64,000 bases of DNA from Trichoplax adhaerens. Taxonomy: Eukaryota > Animalia > Placozoa. Location: contig NW_002060961.1 in the NCBI RefSeq assembly GCF_000150275.1, positions 391,361-455,360 of the forward strand, given 5' to 3'. Shown piece by piece: positions 59,101 through 64,000 of this stretch (the first letter of the stretch is position 1; every line of letters starts with the position of its first letter). Position numbers and translations under genes: made by a program. The notes under the pieces were generated by a model, which saw nothing but the letters and a program-made list of their open reading frames with translations, made no database searches and was not told the DNA's origin.

Positions 59101-62100
59101 CAATAAGTGTTACTCCATTTCAATACAGGCATATAAGCTTTAATAATTAATTGAAATATATACCAACAACTGAACGCGAAATAGACATCCGTATTAATAA
59201 AAATATATCTAACTCTAAGGGTATTTAATTCTTAACTTTTACACAGAATATGAATTTGATAGCAGCCGTGCGTGTATTAGTTGGACAAGGTGGTGACGTC
59301 AATGCTAAGGATTCGGTAAATATTTCGTCGTCACCCTTTTTAATATACTGTGCAACCCATAATGGGATTTACTGTTACATTTCTTCCTACTACATATGTA
59401 TACCGATTAGCGAGATCGTGATTATTGTGAAGTAATTAATGGCTAATTATGCTACATGAACATGCATATAGTTGAAATAGTTTATTATGATACCAATAAT
59501 AATCCTATGTCGTTATAGAGTAAGTTATTATAATATGATTAAAGCTTCAATAATAATAATTATTCAACGGTATGTTTTTTTTTTACTAGAATAGGAAAAG
59601 TTCTTACTATAATAATATAGTCTGTGTGTACGCATGTAATTTTACTTTTTACAATACACGAAATCGCTAATTGCAAGGAATTAACTAAAATTTATAGTCA
59701 TAATTTGGATACTTTTTCAATACAACAATTAAAACGAGGGTTTGCAAGTTAGATATTATTTTACTGAACCTTTATAAATACTGTTACTGTACGTTTTCGT
59801 CTACAATATAGAATGGTCTTCCATTACTGCATTGGGCAATTCGCCTTGGTAGCATGGATATTGTACAAATGTTACTCCACGCTGGTGCCGACGTGAATAT
59901 TCGGAATGCTGTATGAATTAAATGTTTTACTCATCTGTTTATTCTATTATTACATTTAATTTTTATGTTAAATATATTTACGTAAGAAATTACAATTAAC
60001 ATGAAGTAGTTGCTTATAATGCAGTAATTCGTTGGAAGTTTATCTATCTTAAAGTTTTTTATTCAATGAGTGTAAGCGTCTAATATTGGCAATCACATTA
60101 CATATTGATGCATTCCTCATATTTCTTTCTTACCAAAATACAGAAAGGTTCTTCTCCAATAATTTTTTCACTCCTATTTAACCGTGAAGCAATCATTTAT
60201 ACCTTGCTAAATATTGATAATAAGGTATCAAAATCTTTAAGTAATACAGTCGATAAAATAGAGGAGACTGTTCATGAAAATACTGTATTATAATAACTGC
60301 TATATATTACTAACTATATAGGCAGGAAATACTTCAAGTCGTAAAGCTGTTAATGCTGGCTTACTCGCGGGAGTTATCGCCCTGGCTGGACTACCTGGAA
60401 TTAATTGTGAATTAGCTGACAAATACAAAAGTGCTATGACTGTTAGCTTTTCACCACAATTTATGGATTTAGTACCAGCTGATAGTTGGTCTACTTCAAT
60501 AGATTATCTTGCCATGACTAAGGTAATTCTACAGTTATTTTCTACGAGTTCAGCTACTGCTCTTATAATTTGATTACTTTTTGTTCTAGAAGAGCTAATA
60601 TCGCAGCGTTTTGCTCAATTAACGTACACCAAAAACGATTCGTTTCACAACATAAATGTGTTGAACTTCTTTCGTAATAGATGCAAATCTTACCATGTAT
60701 TTTAAATTATAACTATACATTAAACTCCAACCGATTCGATAGATGTACAGTATATACTAAACATTACTATAGATGGTCACTGGTAATCTTTTCGTAATTT
60801 GCACTTCAGATTCAGACTTTGAGACATACATGTGAAAATATCACTAGGTATCGTTTAGGTCTAGGCTAAATTCAATGCAAACTTCCTATTTATTTTTTGT
60901 TATTATTTAAGGCTGGATTAAATGCACTGCATGTTGCGCTTTACTATGGCAATGATGATCCGATAGTTTTGGAATCGCTTTTAAAAAATGGTTGCATTGC
61001 TAATGCAAAAACTAATGTAAGTAGAGTAACGGAAGTAGACTTTGGAGATCTTGTAAGTAGTACAATAGACATACCTGTGGTATGTGCAAAGATTGCTGAT
61101 GATATAGCAGATAAATACATGTGTATCGATATTGCAGGAATTAGCTGATGTATCATAATGTCATTGTTCGTCATATATATTTCTAATGAACTGACCGTCT
61201 TAATAATAGGACGGATACAAACCATGTCACTTTGGGGCGATAGCTGGAAAGGCGAAAATGTTGAAAATTCTCGTCCAAGCAGATACTGATGTAGATGTAC
61301 CAACAAAGGTTTTGATCAGAACTAATTTATTACACTATGATTTGAGTTTATAAAGTAAAGTATTACCATACTAAGATTAATTTTAAATTAACAGAAAGGG
61401 TACACTTCATTGTACTTGGCTGCCGCTAGAAATTTTTATGACGTAGTCAAAGTATTAATAGAAGCGGGAGCTGATGTTAATAAAGTTACAGCGGTAGGGA
61501 GATTTAATTAAAATTCAAGTTAGGTCTAGCCTATAAACGTAACTTCATGTTTTCAAAAGTGATATACGTACTGTAGTATGGGCAGGAAAGCCTAACTTTT
61601 ATAAAATATCGTGATACTGTTTACGATAATAAATAATATAGCTAATGTTTATGTATTTCATTAAATTTAATTGCTATATAAACACGTTTTTAAATATTAG
61701 ACTGAGGGCTTAACACCTCTTCATGTTGCTGCGTATAAGAATTTTTTGGCTATTGCAAAGCTGCTTGTTGATGCTGGAGCTTATGTCGATATACCTTCAA
61801 AGGTATTTTGCAATTGAATATGCTAATTTAGTTATTATTTGTCTAATTTATTAAAATGATTGCTAATATCGTTGTATACTTTGATTTACGAAGTAATATT
61901 TGATTATAATTATTAATATATTTTTGATCTTAATTCTAATAGACAAAGAGTACACCCTTAAGGAATGCTAGAAATTATCCCGAAATGTTAAAATTGTTGG
62001 AAGATCCAAAAAGCAAGGTATTTTAGTTTATTAGAGACATTAATGAGATGAGTCGTAATGAGAGCCGTTTATTGTACGCTATGCACTAGTGCACTTTCTA

Positions 62101-62559
62101 GGAGCGTAGAAACTTTTAGGAAGCTATCAGCGATACGTGTATTCTCTTCTAAATAGTACTGTGTATATTGTACCACTAGATTAGTCGTCATTTCGTGACA
62201 TGGTATATGACCTTCGTAGCTTAGCATAAATATTGGTGTTTCAGTTTGAAGCTAAAAAGGAATTATAGCCTTATTTTCTATGAATATCGTAACAAAGTGA
62301 AGGTTCAGTTTAATACGTAAAGGTCAAAGAGCTTTCCTTTGGTTAAGTTTAATAGATTTTATCCGCCTGTATCATTTACAAATTATAGCGTTTTCCTGCT
62401 CCGAATACAGCTAATACAAATAAAAATGTACCGAGTTCAAATGCAAACGCATCAGTGAAAACTCCTGTTAATAATTCCAAAGGAACAGCAAACAGCAATA
62501 CTAGCGGTGCTGCAAATTCTGCTGCAGCTAATAAGAAAACAGCGACGCCTGCCTCAAAG
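56169..62559 (+). CDS. Ankyrin-repeat protein with a ~800-aa N/D/Q/S/T-rich disordered N-terminal region; 3' end uncertain (may continue toward or past the gap)
   Basis: Long first coding exon 56169-57936; later ~100-nt phase-0 exons each encode an ANK repeat (NGLPLLHWAIRLGSMDIVQMLLHAGADVN; AGLNALHVA; KGYTSLYLAA..LIEAGADVN; EGLTPLHVAAYKN..LLVDAGAYVD). Last confident exon ~62389-62559. Confidence 0.85.
56905..57522 (+). repeat. Near-identical in-frame tandem duplication (~310 bp, ~103 aa) within the ankyrin gene
   Basis: QLASN.INIDKNNNNDDDINATQKDSSLQ.ETQGLTQQADQVLP...SAKSTRNDESADDH appears twice. Confidence 0.95.
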
Positions 62560-63032
62560 GTACGGATACTAGTGAAAATTTATTAGTATATTGAACGATA
62601 TGGCCTGATTTTATTGATAATGTAGGATGATGTTAAATTTCTATCTCCTGTGTTGATTACGAGTCAAAATACGACTAAATTCTCTAAGCTTTCATTTATT
62701 AAATGGTGCAATTTGATTTTGCAATAACTAAAACCTCAAAGTTAATGTTACGGTGCCTTGTCACCTTAATGAGTAATATTGTGTAGAGCTTCAAGGCTCT
62801 AATTGGTTCTTAATTGGTTTATTCTAATTACAGTAATATACTTTACCAATTTTGCCTATACTGAGTCCTGTTATTGATTGTAACATGTAATCTTATACTA
62901 AACGTAGAAAATGATTAGAGCTCAGTTTGTTAAAATGCACCAGCGGCCGCTCCCAGAGAGTATAAAAGGAGCGAGCTCACAACGACTAGTTGTTCCGAAA
63001 TTCAGTAAATATAAAGGCTCGCCGAGTGATAC

Positions 63033-63082
63033 NNNNNNNNNNNNNNNNNNNNNNNNNNNNNNNNNNNNNNNNNNNNNNNNNN
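63033..63082. other. Assembly gap (50 N)
   Basis: Run of n directly abutting the minisatellite. Confidence 1.
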
Positions 63083-63870
63083 ATTGATTGATTCAATTTT
63101 TGCAATTACAGTACTGTACAGCATCGCTATTGACATTTTGGTGGAAAAATTACTTCAGCACTGCATGGGCAAGTTGGAACGTTGACCGATAATTATTATG
63201 ATTATGATTGAATTCCAATTTTGCAATTACTGTACTGTACAGTATCGCTGTTGACATTTTGGTGGAAAAACAACTGCAGTGCTGCATGGGCAAGTTGGAA
63301 CGTTGACCGATAATTATTATGATTATGATTGAATTTAAATTTTTGCAATTACAGTACTGTACACTGTACAGCATCGCTATTGACATTTTGGTGGAAAAAT
63401 TACTTCAGCACTGCATGGGCAGGTTGGAACGTTGACCGATAATTATTATGATTGAATTTAAATTTTGCAATTACAGTATGTACAGTACAGCATCGCTATT
63501 GACATTTTGGTGGAAAGAGGAAAATTACTGCAGTACTGCATGGGCAAGTTGGAACGTTGACCGATAATTATTATGATTATGATTGAATTCAAATTTTTGC
63601 AATTACAGTACTGTACACTGTACAGCATCGCTATTGACATTTTGGTGGAAAAATTACTTCAGCACTGCATGGGCAAGCTGGAACGTTGACCGATAATTAT
63701 TATAATTATGATTGAATTCCAATTTTGCAATTACTGTACAGTATCGCTGTTGACATTTTGGTGGAAAAACAACTGCAGTACTGCATGGGCAAGTTGGAAC
63801 GTTGACCGATAATGAATATGATTGAATTCAAGTTTTGCAATTACCGTGCTGTACTGTACAGTACAGTACG
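63083..63870 (+). repeat. Minisatellite, ~6.5 copies of a ~120-130 bp unit with alternating variants
   Basis: Unit attgaatt..ttttgcaattac(ACAGT tract)cag(c/t)atcgct(a/g)ttgacattttggtggaaa..ctgcatgggcaagttggaacgttgaccgataattattatgatt repeated. Confidence 0.95.
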
Positions 63871-64000
63871 TAGAGTAGAGGCGTAAATGAACTAGATCCA
63901 TAGCTGGATAGGGGAGCGTGAGAGACGAAAGAAGTTGAAGAAAGCTTTCATCGCACTATCGCCATTTATGACAAGATCGTGCCTGATAGAGACACTGGTA

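Overview
AT-rich, intron-dense eukaryotic (animal) genomic DNA. The short introns, compact intergenic spacing and pervasive (ACAGT/ACTGT)n microsatellite suggest a placozoan (Trichoplax-like) genome; this is an inference. I reconstructed eight spliced protein-coding genes by hand: ISWI/SMARCA5 (minus, 3' end runs off the window), CBP/p300 (minus), a ~2,700-aa secreted mosaic protein (plus; calsyntenin-type LNS/Ig-like repeats, one cadherin EC repeat, C-terminal receptor-L domains), TFIIIA/GTF3A (minus) head-to-head with ciliary SPATA4 (plus, with RFX X-boxes), GEMIN8 (plus), TMEM33 (minus, with a duplicated internal exon), and a low-complexity/ankyrin-repeat gene (plus). Non-coding structure includes two ACAGT-linked composite minisatellites, a 263-bp MITE-like element, two dispersed copies of a ~45-bp palindromic element, several local duplications and a 50-N assembly gap. 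The most novel-looking items are the calsyntenin-derived mosaic protein, an 8-finger TFIIIA with an eroded finger 4, the TMEM33 exon duplication and the micro-palindrome family. Exon boundaries were read by eye and homology calls rest on recalled family motifs; no searches were run.
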